Shown here one piece after another: positions 9,786 to 20,135 of a stretch of 64,000 nt of DNA. The notes under the pieces are model-generated. The model saw only the letters and a list, made by a program, of their open reading frames with translations, searched no databases and was not told the DNA's origin. The position numbers were made by a program, and so were the translations under genes. This stretch comes from Cenarchaeum sp. (GTDB lineage Archaea > Thermoproteota > Nitrososphaeria > Nitrososphaerales > Nitrosopumilaceae): assembly GCA_965206845.1 (NCBI GenBank), contig OZ242221.1, positions 1,088,001 to 1,152,000 of the forward strand, written 5' to 3'. Numbering within the stretch: the first letter of the stretch is position 1; the number at the start of each line of letters is the position of its first letter.

Positions 9786-9932
9786 CAAGTACCTGACTAA
9801 TTTGTCGGGATGCGCCCTGACAATATAAAGCAAAAAACCTGGCACCGGCAGGAGTCAGCGGCCCGGCCTGCTTTCTGCCGGAGCCTCCGTTCCGTCTTCC
9901 CGCTGCGGGGGTATGGCACGCCTGCGGCAGGC

Positions 9933-10301
9933 CTACGGCTCGAGCACGACACGGTCGCGGCTCATCGAGATGACGGAGCCGCCGGATCTTTTGACGCCGC
10001 GCTTGAGCTCCCTGTCCATGGTTGCGACAATGCCGCCGTTCTGCTTCACATGCCTGAGTATCTCCCTGTCCGCAAAGTCGCCGTCCATCTCTATGATGTC
10101 CATCCTTCTCGCACGTTCAAGAACCGCAGATATCTCGGGAGCCCTTCGGGGATCGTCCATGAGCCTGTTCAGCTCCGACAGCGCGCATGTGGGAACCGCA
10201 AACCGAACAGGGCCTATCTCGGCCTCAAACGTGTCGATGTTCCTGATGCGTCTGGTGAAAAGGTGGATCAGAAAGCTGGTGTCGCAGATTACCCTAACCA
10301 A
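9933..10301 (-). CDS. PIN-domain protein (Fcf1/Utp24-like)
   Basis: VICDTSFL, ADREIL, VATMDREL; usual position downstream of aIF2-gamma. Confidence 0.82.
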   Translation of the reverse strand: MVRVICDTSFLIHLFTRRIRNIDTFEAEIGPVRFAVPTCALSELNRLMDDPRRAPEISAVLERARRMDIIEMDGDFADREILRHVKQNGGIVATMDRELKRGVKRSGGSVISMSRDRVVLEP

Positions 10302-11556
10302 TGGTTCCCGCACCGATGAGTCTCCATCTGTCCGCTATGCGCCTGCTGATGGCCACATTGTCTGACTCGAATATGCAGACGGGCCGGCGGAGCTCGACTG
10401 ATATATTCTCGTTTCTTACCTTGGTGACCTTGGAGAGCACCGGGGCGGTGCCTATGTTGAGCCGCAGGGCCTCCCCGTTCTGGATCGGCGCTACCTTGGT
10501 CTCATCGGTGGCGCCCACGACGGCATCAAACAGGCTGACTGTGATCTGCGCTCCCGTGGAGTTCTCGGGCAGGGTTCCCGGCCTGCCGATTACAGATCCC
10601 ACCAGGGAGTCCCTTCTTGCAATTGCAGGATCCAGCCTTGTGCCCACGGCCACCAGGCCGCCGGGCCTTACCGACTCGACGGTTCCGGCAGACGTGCCCA
10701 GCGAGACCACCTCGGTTAGTATGGGTTCGTACGCCCCCCTCTTTGTGGTGACGATCCCGGGCTTGATCTCGATCTCGTCTCCGATCTTAAGGGTTCCCTC
10801 GGTCAGGCTTCCTCCCACGACCCCTCCCTTGATGTCTGTGATCCTTGAGCCGGGCCGGTTTACGTCAAACGAGCGGAGGACATGCATCACCGTGCTGCTC
10901 TTCTCGTCGCGGATCGGCGTCTTGATGGTGGACTCTATCATGCCGATGAGCGCGTCGGTGTTCAGGTTCGACTGTGCCGAGATCGGGATTATGGGCGATC
11001 CCGAGGCGCCGGTTCCGTCCACAAACGCGGCAATGTCGTTGTAGTTTGCCATGGCGTCTGTGTATGATACCAGGTCTACCTTGTTTTGTATCGTGACAAT
11101 CTGTGTTATTCCCAGGGTCTGCAGGGCCAGCAGGTGCTCCTTTGTCTGCGGTTTTGGCACCTTCTCGTTGGCGGCAACAAGGAGCAGCGCGCCGTCCATC
11201 AGCGCAGAGCCGGAGAGCATGTTTGCCATCAGGCTCTCGTGGCCCGGACTGTCCACAAAGCTCACCACACGGGAGAGCTCGCTCTTGGAGCCGCAGCCGG
11301 GACACTCTGGTCTGGTCGAGTACCCCAGGGGATCCTCGCAGCTGGGACACTTGTAGAATGCGGCATCTGAGTATCCGACCCGGATTGTAATCCCGCGCTT
11401 GAGCTCCTGGCTGTGCACGCTGGTCCACTGTCCGGTCAGCGACTGGATCAGGGTGGTCTTTCCGTGATCCACATGGCCTGCGGTTCCAATGTTGACGCAG
11501 GGCTGGTAGCCGTATTCTTTGATGTACCAATCAGGAAGGGACTCTCTCCAGTGCAA
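10294..11556 (-). CDS. eif2g: Translation initiation factor 2 subunit gamma
   Basis: QPCVNIGTAGHVDHGKTT, RGITIRVGY, DSPGHE, NKVD, WRLIG. Confidence 0.97.
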   Translation of the reverse strand: MHWRESLPDWYIKEYGYQPCVNIGTAGHVDHGKTTLIQSLTGQWTSVHSQELKRGITIRVGYSDAAFYKCPSCEDPLGYSTRPECPGCGSKSELSRVVSFVDSPGHESLMANMLSGSALMDGALLLVAANEKVPKPQTKEHLLALQTLGITQIVTIQNKVDLVSYTDAMANYNDIAAFVDGTGASGSPIIPISAQSNLNTDALIGMIESTIKTPIRDEKSSTVMHVLRSFDVNRPGSRITDIKGGVVGGSLTEGTLKIGDEIEIKPGIVTTKRGAYEPILTEVVSLGTSAGTVESVRPGGLVAVGTRLDPAIARRDSLVGSVIGRPGTLPENSTGAQITVSLFDAVVGATDETKVAPIQNGEALRLNIGTAPVLSKVTKVRNENISVELRRPVCIFESDNVAISRRIADRWRLIGAGTIG

Positions 11557-11582
11557 TATTCCAAAACTATGCGGCTGTTATG

Positions 11583-11972
11583 TTAACCTTCTTTTTTGCT
11601 CGGCGCGGCGTCTGCTCCCCGCTCTTCAGGCAGCTGCCCGTCAAGCCTGCAGTTTATCTGGTATGTCTCTTCGGATACCTGGTTGCCCCGGATCAGCTTT
11701 CTCACCCTCTTGCCCTTCTCGGCATCCTGCAGGCCCACCCCCTTGGAGAGCAGGACGTACTTTCTTGCGCTGCCGTGCACATCCTGCCGCATGGGAACGC
11801 CTGACCTGTCGCTGCCTCCGGTGATCCTCATCTGGCCTGCGAAGCTGGCTACGGCCGCATCCACCTTGCTGCCGATCGTCTGTCCTAGCAGGGCGCTGCC
11901 CTCGTTGTCCCTGAGCTCCTTGGTTATGGATCTGCCCTTGCTGTCGGATATGGTAAGCTTAAAGTCAGTCAA
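11583..11972 (-). CDS. rps6e: 30S ribosomal protein S6e
   Basis: ITGGSDRSGVPMRQDV, RVRKLIRGN. Confidence 0.95.
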   Translation of the reverse strand: MTDFKLTISDSKGRSITKELRDNEGSALLGQTIGSKVDAAVASFAGQMRITGGSDRSGVPMRQDVHGSARKYVLLSKGVGLQDAEKGKRVRKLIRGNQVSEETYQINCRLDGQLPEERGADAAPSKKEG

Positions 11973-12127
11973 GCAGACGACAAAAGCGGCGCTCCACTAA
12001 TTAACTTTTGGAGATCAAACGATCCGGCCCCTTGGCCGATTCCCGGCCGCAGGATACTCCGGAATCGGCCCGCATCCGCTCCGGTGTTGATTGGGGCGCG
12101 GGGGTATAATCTCCGCATGGTTTGTAG

Positions 12128-12212
12128 TGCGGGAGATGGGATTCGAACCCACGAACTCCTAGGAGATAAGGACCTGAACCTTACGCCGTTGACCAGGCTG
12201 GGCGACTCCCGC
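12128..12212 (-). tRNA. tRNA-Leu(CAG)
   Basis: Acceptor GCGGGAG/CTCCCGC, anticodon arm TAAGG-TTCAGGT-CCTTA, long variable arm, GTTCGAATC. Confidence 0.95.
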
Positions 12213-12554
12213 ATCCCTTCGTCCTAAAAACTGGAATAAGTTTCTTTTTTATTCCGCTGGTCGCGACACCCGAATCAGTCCACCCGTTTCGTGCTTGGGC
12301 GCGTCCTCGGGCCCAAACCTACAACTCCAACCTGTGACGAACTACTTTTGCTGCCCGGCGGCACAGCTGCCGGGCTGATCCCCTGTTGGCGCGGCAACGG
12401 CTGCCAAGAGTGCAGGAGATCCTCGTCATCATGCAGCTCTGGCTTATGCTACTCCTGTGGGCAAGACATAGGCGCAGCTATTCCAGGCTTGAGGGCGCGC
12501 CGTGCGCGATCGAGATAGGTATAATAGTGCACATCTGTTTACCATAAATCGTAA

Positions 12555-13412
12555 TTGTCCAGATACGAGTCTCCAAGAGTCAATGCCGGTGCGGCAAAGG
12601 TGGTCTTAATAGTGCTCATCGTACTGGTTGTGGCGGGCTTGGTGGCTGCTTCTTCGGTAAAGATTGTGGAGGCCGGAACAAGGGGCGTCCTGCTTCACTG
12701 GAGTGCGGTAGATCTGACACAGCCGCCACTTGAGGAGGGCCTGCACTTTGTGACTCCCTTTGCTGATGATGTTATCAATGTCGAGGTTCGGACCCTCAAG
12801 TATGAGAGATCGACCACGTCTGCCTCCAGGGACCTGCAGACCGTCAGAACCACCGTGACCGTAAACTACCACCCGGAGAAGGAGATGATCCACTACCTGT
12901 ACAAGAACCTGGGGCTTGACTACGAGAACAGGGTCATCCAGCCGGCAATCGAGGAGACCGTCAAGCAGGTGACTGCCAACTATAACGCAGAGGAGCTCAT
13001 TACAAAGAGGCCGCTAGTAAAGGCCGACATCCAGGACGAGATCACCGACAGGCTCAACGAGTTTAACCTGGCAACAGAGGTAATCTCGATTACGGACTTT
13101 GAATTCTCACTCCTATTCTCCCAGGCAATAGAGTCAAAGGTGGAGGCAGAGCAAAAGGCATTCAAGGCGGAGAACGACCTGTTAAGAATCCAGGTTGAGG
13201 CGCAGCAGCAAGAGGCCCAGTCCATCGGTATTGCAAACGCCAACATTGCGGAGGCAGAGGGAGAGGCAAAGGCGATCAGGATCATCAACCAGGCCCTGGC
13301 AGAGAACCCGAACTATCTGGAGTGGTTCAAGACACGGGCATGGGACGGAAAGCTGCCGCTGGTGGTCGGCGAGGGCGGAACCCCATTCATTCAGATACCT
13401 ATTTCTCCGTAA
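12555..13412 (+). CDS. Prohibitin/SPFH (band 7) membrane protein
   Basis: N-terminal TM, SRDLQTV, AEELITKR, AIESKVEAEQ, WDGKLP. Confidence 0.9.
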   Translation: MSRYESPRVNAGAAKVVLIVLIVLVVAGLVAASSVKIVEAGTRGVLLHWSAVDLTQPPLEEGLHFVTPFADDVINVEVRTLKYERSTTSASRDLQTVRTTVTVNYHPEKEMIHYLYKNLGLDYENRVIQPAIEETVKQVTANYNAEELITKRPLVKADIQDEITDRLNEFNLATEVISITDFEFSLLFSQAIESKVEAEQKAFKAENDLLRIQVEAQQQEAQSIGIANANIAEAEGEAKAIRIINQALAENPNYLEWFKTRAWDGKLPLVVGEGGTPFIQIPISP

Positions 13413-13476
13413 CGCTGGGGAATTACATGCCATAGCTTCTGAACAGTTAAAATACCAAAGCAACCCATAGGTAGGC

Positions 13477-13782
13477 ATGGCGCTTGTAATAATCATACCG
13501 CTGATCGTCATTGGGATAGTTGGTACGGCAGGCTACCTGATCTACCGGTTTCTAATTTACGACATGATGTGCAGCAGGACCGTTGAAAAGACGCTCCGCG
13601 AGTACAGCATTGCAAAGACCCAGTCCCAGATCGTCAGGGAGTACCACCATAGCCGGGGAAACGACATGTCAGAGAGGGAGGCCAGGGTCATGGCAAAGCA
13701 CTACCGGCAGCACGAGCCTGATCAGTTTTTGGCCATGTATGAGGCCACAAGGGACAGACTAAAGAGCGACAAAGGGGAATAG
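13477..13782 (+). CDS. Hypothetical membrane-anchored protein
   Basis: TM helix, coding-like codon usage, TTAAAATA box upstream. Confidence 0.7.
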   Translation: MALVIIIPLIVIGIVGTAGYLIYRFLIYDMMCSRTVEKTLREYSIAKTQSQIVREYHHSRGNDMSEREARVMAKHYRQHEPDQFLAMYEATRDRLKSDKGE

Positions 13783-13998
13783 GCCACGCTCTGGGCGTGT
13801 CACAGCCTGTCCGTGGAGCTTCCCATATGCCACTGCCCACATCCTGCATCCACGTCGAGTTCGGGGCCGCTTGCCGTACCGAACCTGGCGTGAAGACCAG
13901 AGTCTGGCGCAGATCCAGTCCAAACGAGAGCAGGATCCGACCCCGCCGGTTCTGGCCCATAAAGCAATTAATAGAACAGGGGCGCATGGTGCTATATC

Positions 13999-14520
13999 AT
14001 GTCAATGGGTGAAGTGGATACTCTGGGTATGCTTGCAGAGAAGCTTGACAACCTGTTTACCGACTCCCAAGGGTACTATGAGTCATTTCTGGAGACCAAC
14101 ACCCTCTACAAGAACGGCAAGCTGGACGACAGGGAGTTCTTTCAGAAGATGGGCGACTACATAGTAGCATACTCGGCCCTGGAGTTCCTGTCGATCAAGG
14201 TGATCATGGAACTGAAAAAGGCGCTGGGCAAGATGGCCGGCGGCCAGGCACCGGGAGGCACGCAGTCTGCCGGCCTGATGCCGGGCATGACGCCTGGCAT
14301 GATGCCGGGAATGGCCATGCCCCCAAGAACGGGAACTGCGCAGAATCCGGCCGGCCCGCCGGGTGTGGTATCGACCCAGGACGCATTCGGCCAGCCAGGA
14401 ACCCTTCCAACGCCGGATCCCAGGATGATATCTGCGCCCAGGGCGAACCGGTGCTCCTCATGTGGGGCGGGGCTCGGGGCCGGTGCAAAATTCTGTACAA
14501 AGTGTGGGAACAGAACCTAG
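13999..14520 (+). CDS. Zinc-ribbon domain protein with a Pro/Gly/Met-rich linker
   Basis: C-terminal CSSCG...AKFCTKCG. Confidence 0.75.
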   Translation: MSMGEVDTLGMLAEKLDNLFTDSQGYYESFLETNTLYKNGKLDDREFFQKMGDYIVAYSALEFLSIKVIMELKKALGKMAGGQAPGGTQSAGLMPGMTPGMMPGMAMPPRTGTAQNPAGPPGVVSTQDAFGQPGTLPTPDPRMISAPRANRCSSCGAGLGAGAKFCTKCGNRT

Positions 14521-14568
14521 GCCAGACAGGACACCTGGAATCGTGATCCACAGATATTGCAACAGGGC

Positions 14569-14931
14569 CTATGCCGGGTCACACAGTGTGCCGCACTGCG
14601 GACAGAACTTGGCAGCGGATGCCATTTTGGCGCCACAATCGGCACAGAACTTTCCGGTTGCCGCGTCTGACGGCGTGCCGTATATGCTGGTAGACTTGAC
14701 GGCACCGGTGGGAACGTACCTTTCGTCGTCCACTATCTGCACGGGCTCAAAGTCCTTCTCCTCCACGAACGTGTAGAGCCGCGGAACCGTCTGTTTTCTG
14801 TCTGCGGGATCCGGAACCATCTCCCCAAGCCAGAACGCAAACCGGGTTAGCGTCAGATCCGGTGTGGAGAACGCCAGTGTGTGGCTTGACATATAGTCCT
14901 GGGACGCCTTTCTTCCGTCAAAGACCTTCAT
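14569..14931 (-). CDS. Zinc-ribbon domain protein
   Basis: KFCADCG...AKFCPQCG; TATA-like box about 25 nt upstream of ATG 14931. Confidence 0.75.
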   Translation of the reverse strand: MKVFDGRKASQDYMSSHTLAFSTPDLTLTRFAFWLGEMVPDPADRKQTVPRLYTFVEEKDFEPVQIVDDERYVPTGAVKSTSIYGTPSDAATGKFCADCGAKMASAAKFCPQCGTLCDPA

Positions 14932-15046
14932 GTGGGGTGTATGCCTTTGTGGGTTTAATAATTTGACGTACTGGGAGTCGTGGTTGGTGGATCCGGTTGC
15001 GTCCATGCCTGCCAGGCTCCGGGAGGCGGCGCGCCAAATATGGGAG

Positions 15047-15118
15047 TGGACCGGGGGGGAATTGAACCCCCGACATTCGCGTTGCGAACGCGACATTATA
15101 CCACTAAACCACCGGCCC
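15047..15118 (-). tRNA. tRNA-Ala(CGC)
   Basis: GGGCCGG/CCGGTCC acceptor with G3:U70, anticodon arm TCGCG-TTCGCAA-CGCGA, GTTCAATTC. Confidence 0.95.
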
Positions 15119-15330
15119 CTGCTATAGCAGAGTTCGATCCGTTTTTATTCATTTTCTATTTCTGCCAGTGGGCAGAACATGTTTCTCCGGGTACCGACAC
15201 CCTGACCCGCATCTAAAGCAATACACCAAAGCCAGCACGCCACACGGCGTGGCCGCATTTGGGGTTATTGTATGTAGTACGCAGCTACCATTTGACTATA
15301 TTTATTAACTCGCTAATTCTAGGGTTATAG

Positions 15331-17127
15331 ATGAAGTACGGAATCACCGGCGTGTTTGCTCTTGCAGTAATTGTGGCCGGTACCATGGGCGTCGGCGCGT
15401 ACGCGCAGGACGGCTCCGATTCCGGACTGTCCGGGGAGATCCGCCTTGGCTTGATCACGCCGCTCTCGGGCGACGTGGCCCAGTACGGGGAGGAGAACCT
15501 GGCGGCAACAAACCTTGCCGTAGATGACTTTAACAAGTACCTTGCCGACAAGGATGCCGGCTGGTCAATTGAACTTACGATAGAGGACTCGCAGACGCTT
15601 CCCACAGCAGCGCTGGAGAAGATCCAGTCGCTGCGCGCCAAGGGCATAAGCATAGTGCTCGGGCCCTGGTCCAGCGCGTCGCTGCAGAACGTAAAGGGGT
15701 ACGCCGACTCCAACGAGATGCTGCTGTTCAGCTGCTGCTCCACATCACCGCTCATTGCCATCTCCGGGGACTCCGTCTTTAGGATGTCACCGGACGACTC
15801 CAACCAGGGCACCGCAATAAGCAAGCTCTTCGATGACGCCGGAATCGAGGTCATGGTGCCGGTATGGCGCGAGGACGCATGGGGAACCGGACTCCAGGAC
15901 GCCTCACGGCTGTCATTTGAGTCCCGGGGCGGCATAGTCGACGATGGCTTGGGCTACAACCCGGAGGTCAGCGAGTTCTCAGTCGAGGCCTCAATCCTGG
16001 CAGACACCGTGCAGGGATATGTTAATGATCACGGCGCCGACAAGGTGGGCGTGCTGTACGTCGGGTTCGGCGAGGTGCTTCTGTTCATGCAGGCCGCATC
16101 AGACTACGAGGTGCTCGGCGACGTAAGGTGGTTCGGCAGCGACGCCAACACAAAGGAGTCAAAGCTGGTGGAGGACTCCATCGGACTCGGGTTTGTGACT
16201 GACACAATGTACACCACCGTGCAGGTGGCATCAGGCAAGAACGATCTCAGCCAGTATGTCGACAGCTCCCTGAATGAGAGCATCGGACGGATACCAAGCA
16301 CCTACGCAAGCTCCGCATACGACATGATGTGGCTGATGGGACTGACTATAGAGAGGGAGCAGAGCACCGATGTTGCGGTGCTGACCGCGGCGATACCCGA
16401 GGTTGCAGAGGAGTATGTTGGGGCCTTGGGCTCCTCGCGCCTCAATGACGCAGGCGACCTGGCCCAGACAAACTACGACGTCTGGGACATAAGGGACGGC
16501 TCATGGACGCTGGCCGGGACGTACTTTTCGGCATCAGACACCATAGAGTTTGAGGGCGCCATGATGGACGATGCCATGAAGGACGACGAGATGATGGATG
16601 ATGCCATGAAGGACGACGAGATGATGGATGATGCCATGAAGGACGACGAGATGATGGATGATGCCATGAAGGACGACGAGATGATGGATGATGCCATGAA
16701 GGACGACGAGATGATGGATGACGAGACTGACGAAGCCACGCCTTCCGGCGGCGGATGCCTGATTGCGACCGCCGCATACGGCAGTGAGCTTGCACCGCAG
16801 GTCCAGTTCCTGCGTGAGATCAGGGACAACACGTTGCTCTCGACTGACTCTGGGACGTCATTCATGACGGGCTTCAACCAGTTCTACTACTCGTTCTCCC
16901 CTGCTGTTGCAGACCTTGAGCGCGAGAACGCCATGTTCAGGGACGCCGTGAGGGTGGCGATAACGCCTGGACTGTACACGCTGAACATAATGACGCTTGC
17001 GGACCAGAACTCTGACGCCTCGGTCATCGCATTTGGCCTACTCGCGATTGCCGCCATGGCAGGCATCTACGTGGCAGGACCGGTCCTGACGGTACACGCC
17101 ATCCGCAAAAGAGCAAGGCGCGCATAA
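15331..17127 (+). CDS. Branched-chain amino-acid-type ABC substrate-binding protein with a Met/Asp repeat linker and CFI-box-CTERM anchor
   Basis: Signal peptide, IRLGLITPLSGD, FRMSPDD, YASSAYD; GGGCLIATAAYGSELAPQVQFLREIRD; C-terminal TM. Confidence 0.85.
   Translation: MKYGITGVFALAVIVAGTMGVGAYAQDGSDSGLSGEIRLGLITPLSGDVAQYGEENLAATNLAVDDFNKYLADKDAGWSIELTIEDSQTLPTAALEKIQSLRAKGISIVLGPWSSASLQNVKGYADSNEMLLFSCCSTSPLIAISGDSVFRMSPDDSNQGTAISKLFDDAGIEVMVPVWREDAWGTGLQDASRLSFESRGGIVDDGLGYNPEVSEFSVEASILADTVQGYVNDHGADKVGVLYVGFGEVLLFMQAASDYEVLGDVRWFGSDANTKESKLVEDSIGLGFVTDTMYTTVQVASGKNDLSQYVDSSLNESIGRIPSTYASSAYDMMWLMGLTIEREQSTDVAVLTAAIPEVAEEYVGALGSSRLNDAGDLAQTNYDVWDIRDGSWTLAGTYFSASDTIEFEGAMMDDAMKDDEMMDDAMKDDEMMDDAMKDDEMMDDAMKDDEMMDDAMKDDEMMDDETDEATPSGGGCLIATAAYGSELAPQVQFLREIRDNTLLSTDSGTSFMTGFNQFYYSFSPAVADLERENAMFRDAVRVAITPGLYTLNIMTLADQNSDASVIAFGLLAIAAMAGIYVAGPVLTVHAIRKRARRA
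16561..16720 (+). repeat. 30-bp coding tandem repeat, 5 full copies plus a partial (MMDDAMKDDE)
   Basis: ATGATGGAYGATGCCATGAAGGACGACGAG x5. Confidence 0.97.
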
Positions 17128-17436
17128 CATCCCACAGGCGCCAGCAGCAGTAGATACCTTCTAGTGCCATTGCCAAACTCGATCCGCACGCAAGAGAGGA
17201 AATGCGCACCAATCAGGACTGGGATATCTGCGGGGATCTGTTGGCGTGTCTGCTTGTACATGCTTGAGCACCATGGCGGCCACACGTCGGCCTTTTAGCC
17301 TGCATGCCGTGCGGCGTACCGGCTTTGGCGGATCGCTTCAGACATGGGTCAGGGTGGCAGTACGCGGAGAGGGCTGCCCGGCCTGCCGTCTGTAACCAAA
17401 ATCAAATATTGGATGACCGCGCAAGAGTTGTAGAAG

Positions 17437-18315
17437 ATGCTGGATTACAACTACCCGCTGTACAGGCCGCCCTCGGAAGCCCGATCTCTGATCTTTCAGG
17501 TTACCTTGGGGTGCTCGTTTAACCAGTGCTCCTTTTGTGACATGTATCGCTCCAAGGAGTATGTGGAGCGACCCTGGGAGGAGGTAAGGCAGGAGATCGA
17601 CATTATGGCAGAGCGCGCCCCGCAGACCCGGAGGGTCTTTCTTGCCGATGGCGACGCGCTTAACCTGTCCACCGAGTACATGATCAAGATTGTGCGGTAT
17701 GTCAGGGACAAGTTTCCCGCCATCGAGCGGGTCTCGTGCTACGCCATGCCCATGAACGTGCTCAAAAAGAGCGCGCAGGAGCTCCAGGATATGAGGCTTG
17801 CCGGACTGGACATGCTGTACCTGGGGGTTGAGAGCGGCTCTGATCTCATACTGCGAAAGGTCACCAAGGGCGCGGTGGCAGATACCATCGTCCGGTCGGT
17901 AAAGAAGGCAAAGGATGCGGGGTATGTGATGTCGTGCATGATAATACTGGGTCTGGGAGGAAAGACGCACTCCAAGGAGCACATACGGGGCACCGCCAAG
18001 GTGATAAGCGCCGCATCGCCCCACTATGTGGGGGCGCTCACGCTGTATCTGGAGAATGGAATCAAGGAAGAGTTTCTCACAAAGTTTGGCGAGGCATTCA
18101 TTCCCATATCGGATTCGGAGGCCTTGGAGGAGCTTGAGGATCTGATATCGCAGATCGACGCGGGGGACGAGATCGTGTTCCGGGCAAACCACGGCTCAAA
18201 CGCATACATGGTTAGGGGTACGTTTCCCCAGGACAAGCAGGCCATGCTGGAGCAGGTTGCATACGGGAGGCAGCATCCGGAGATCGTGCGGCCCAAGGGC
18301 CTTCGTGGATTCTAG
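17437..18315 (+). CDS. Radical SAM protein
   Basis: CSFNQCSFC (CxxxCxxC), YRPPSEA, FLADGDA, YLGVESG. Confidence 0.9.
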   Translation: MLDYNYPLYRPPSEARSLIFQVTLGCSFNQCSFCDMYRSKEYVERPWEEVRQEIDIMAERAPQTRRVFLADGDALNLSTEYMIKIVRYVRDKFPAIERVSCYAMPMNVLKKSAQELQDMRLAGLDMLYLGVESGSDLILRKVTKGAVADTIVRSVKKAKDAGYVMSCMIILGLGGKTHSKEHIRGTAKVISAASPHYVGALTLYLENGIKEEFLTKFGEAFIPISDSEALEELEDLISQIDAGDEIVFRANHGSNAYMVRGTFPQDKQAMLEQVAYGRQHPEIVRPKGLRGF

Positions 18316-18368
18316 TTCGTCCCAAATGTATCCTGATGCGCGCTAAGGCAAAAGGCCGCCTGCCGGTC

Positions 18369-18788
18369 CTAGACCATCTCAAGGGAGCTATGGTACACGA
18401 CCTTGAATATGGTGACCTGATAGTGGCCCTCAAAGATGTTGATGACCACGCCGTCATGCACGTTCCTTACCCTGAACTTGTACTCGTACTCGCCAGCCTC
18501 ATTGACATCTGTCTGCGCAAAGTGCACCGCGCTTCCGTCAAGCTCGTGTATCTGAATGATTACAGGATAGCCAGCAACGTGGTTCGCGATCTTTCCTTTT
18601 ACATATGCCCAGGGAAGAGTGTTGTCCTCAGGGGCATAAAAGAGTAGGCGGGTCTTCTCGATGGCCGTGCTGCCATCAAGCGGAATCATCTCCGTGTCCG
18701 GCAGTTGTCCGTCGTCTGCTGATGCAGAGGTGGCCCCTATGTACAGTGCTGCCAGGGTGAGCAGAGCTGCCGCCATTACCAGTCTCAT
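18369..18788 (-). CDS. Secreted hypothetical protein
   Basis: Signal peptide MRLVMAAALL..., beta-rich mature part. Confidence 0.7.
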   Translation of the reverse strand: MRLVMAAALLTLAALYIGATSASADDGQLPDTEMIPLDGSTAIEKTRLLFYAPEDNTLPWAYVKGKIANHVAGYPVIIQIHELDGSAVHFAQTDVNEAGEYEYKFRVRNVHDGVVINIFEGHYQVTIFKVVYHSSLEMV

Positions 18789-18963
18789 ACATGTGCTCTG
18801 CGATTCCCCATTAAAATATTTTGCCAGATTTGTATTGGCCATGCCTGCAAAAAAATCTGGAAGTAGCTGCGTTGGTTGCGTACCTGACTGGAGGATCCAT
18901 ACGATCCCCAACCCCGATCCGGGAGCCGCATGTGCCTGCCCCGCAGGGGTGACGTCGACCGGC

Positions 18964-19170
18964 CTACGTTGTCAGCTCTGGTTTTAGGGTCCAGACTGTC
19001 CCCAGAACCACAAACGGGATGGAGATGATTCCGATAATTCCAAGAATTGTGAAGAGGTGCGACTGGGACACGTCGGGATTGTTTACGATCCAGGGCAGGG
19101 GCAGCGACACCACAAACCAGATGCAGGCCAGCAGAATGATCAGTTTGACCTTTCCCTTCTTCTGCATCAT
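18964..19170 (-). CDS. Small two-TM membrane protein
   Basis: Two hydrophobic helices; TATA-like box upstream. Confidence 0.65.
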   Translation of the reverse strand: MMQKKGKVKLIILLACIWFVVSLPLPWIVNNPDVSQSHLFTILGIIGIISIPFVVLGTVWTLKPELTT

Positions 19171-19395
19171 GCCGTTTTAACCGCATACGCGCTATTTATT
19201 CAATTGCCGTCACGTGCCCTATGGGGCTGCCTGCCGCACTCTGCACCCGCAGGCAGCAGGCGCCTATAGCTAAGAGCATAAGTTCGTGTAGAACGCGGAC
19301 CAGCACCTATTGGAATCGTTCACAAATAGTCAAAAAAGCAGTGTATTTCACGAAGGATTTGATCCTATAATCAGATTCTTGAGCGCGCCAGCGTC

Positions 19396-19872
19396 TTACG
19401 GATTGCTTACACCCTGAACGAACTTTGTCGTGTCGCTATAGGGGCGGACGATCATTACGGTTACGGAGCCCAGCGTGTTCCCGTTGGGGTCGATCCAGAT
19501 GGTCACCTCGCGATCCTCTGTGAGATCCAGCTGCTTCTCTCCCAGGTAATCCCACGTAAAGTACCTGGCAGACTCTGTTCCCTGCTCCGTGCCTTCCAGC
19601 TCAAAGCGCTCTGAGAATAGTACCTCGTCACCGTCCAGTATGGTGATATCCAGGATCCGCGGCGAGTCCCCGCTGGGCACAAACCTGAGCTCGTAGGAGC
19701 CCTGTTCCATGTGGCTCTGATCCGAGAACAGCCCGTCTTGGTACAGGCTCGGGTCGGCCAGCCTAGCCTTGAAGAGTACCTGCGGTCCGTCCCGCGGCCC
19801 GCTGTCTGCATAGATCAGGACTGCCGCAAGAACGACTACGGCTGCAAGGACGGCGATAATGCCCCTTTTCAC
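19396..19872 (-). CDS. Membrane-anchored/secreted hypothetical protein
   Basis: N-terminal hydrophobic helix, acidic beta-rich body; start codon uncertain. Confidence 0.65.
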   Translation of the reverse strand: MKRGIIAVLAAVVVLAAVLIYADSGPRDGPQVLFKARLADPSLYQDGLFSDQSHMEQGSYELRFVPSGDSPRILDITILDGDEVLFSERFELEGTEQGTESARYFTWDYLGEKQLDLTEDREVTIWIDPNGNTLGSVTVMIVRPYSDTTKFVQGVSNP

Positions 19873-20135
19873 ACCTTCTGTTCCGCGCAGACGCAATTAA
19901 AGATTGGGCGGCCGGCCCCAGGAGCAGCAGTCTCACGGCTGCTATCTTCTGAATGCTTTGATCGGCGTACATAAGATTAATTCCCCCAGATCGCGCGACC
20001 GCAAGCGAGCCCCATGGCCGCCCAGGCGCGGCTCTGGGGTGAGCATGCCAGGCGGCCTTAGCTAGCAGTAATACTGTAACTAGTGAACCATATTTCACAC
20101 GAAAAATTAAGAACTAACTCCTGTATCTGCTGACA

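Noticed and set aside
9841-12385. GC-rich intergenic hairpins (about 9845-9880, 12034-12070, 12354-12374)
   Set aside because: Single imperfect stems with no shared sequence, which are expected by chance at this GC content.
16561-16720. 30-bp repeats as a CRISPR array
   Set aside because: No spacers; head-to-tail and in frame within a CDS.
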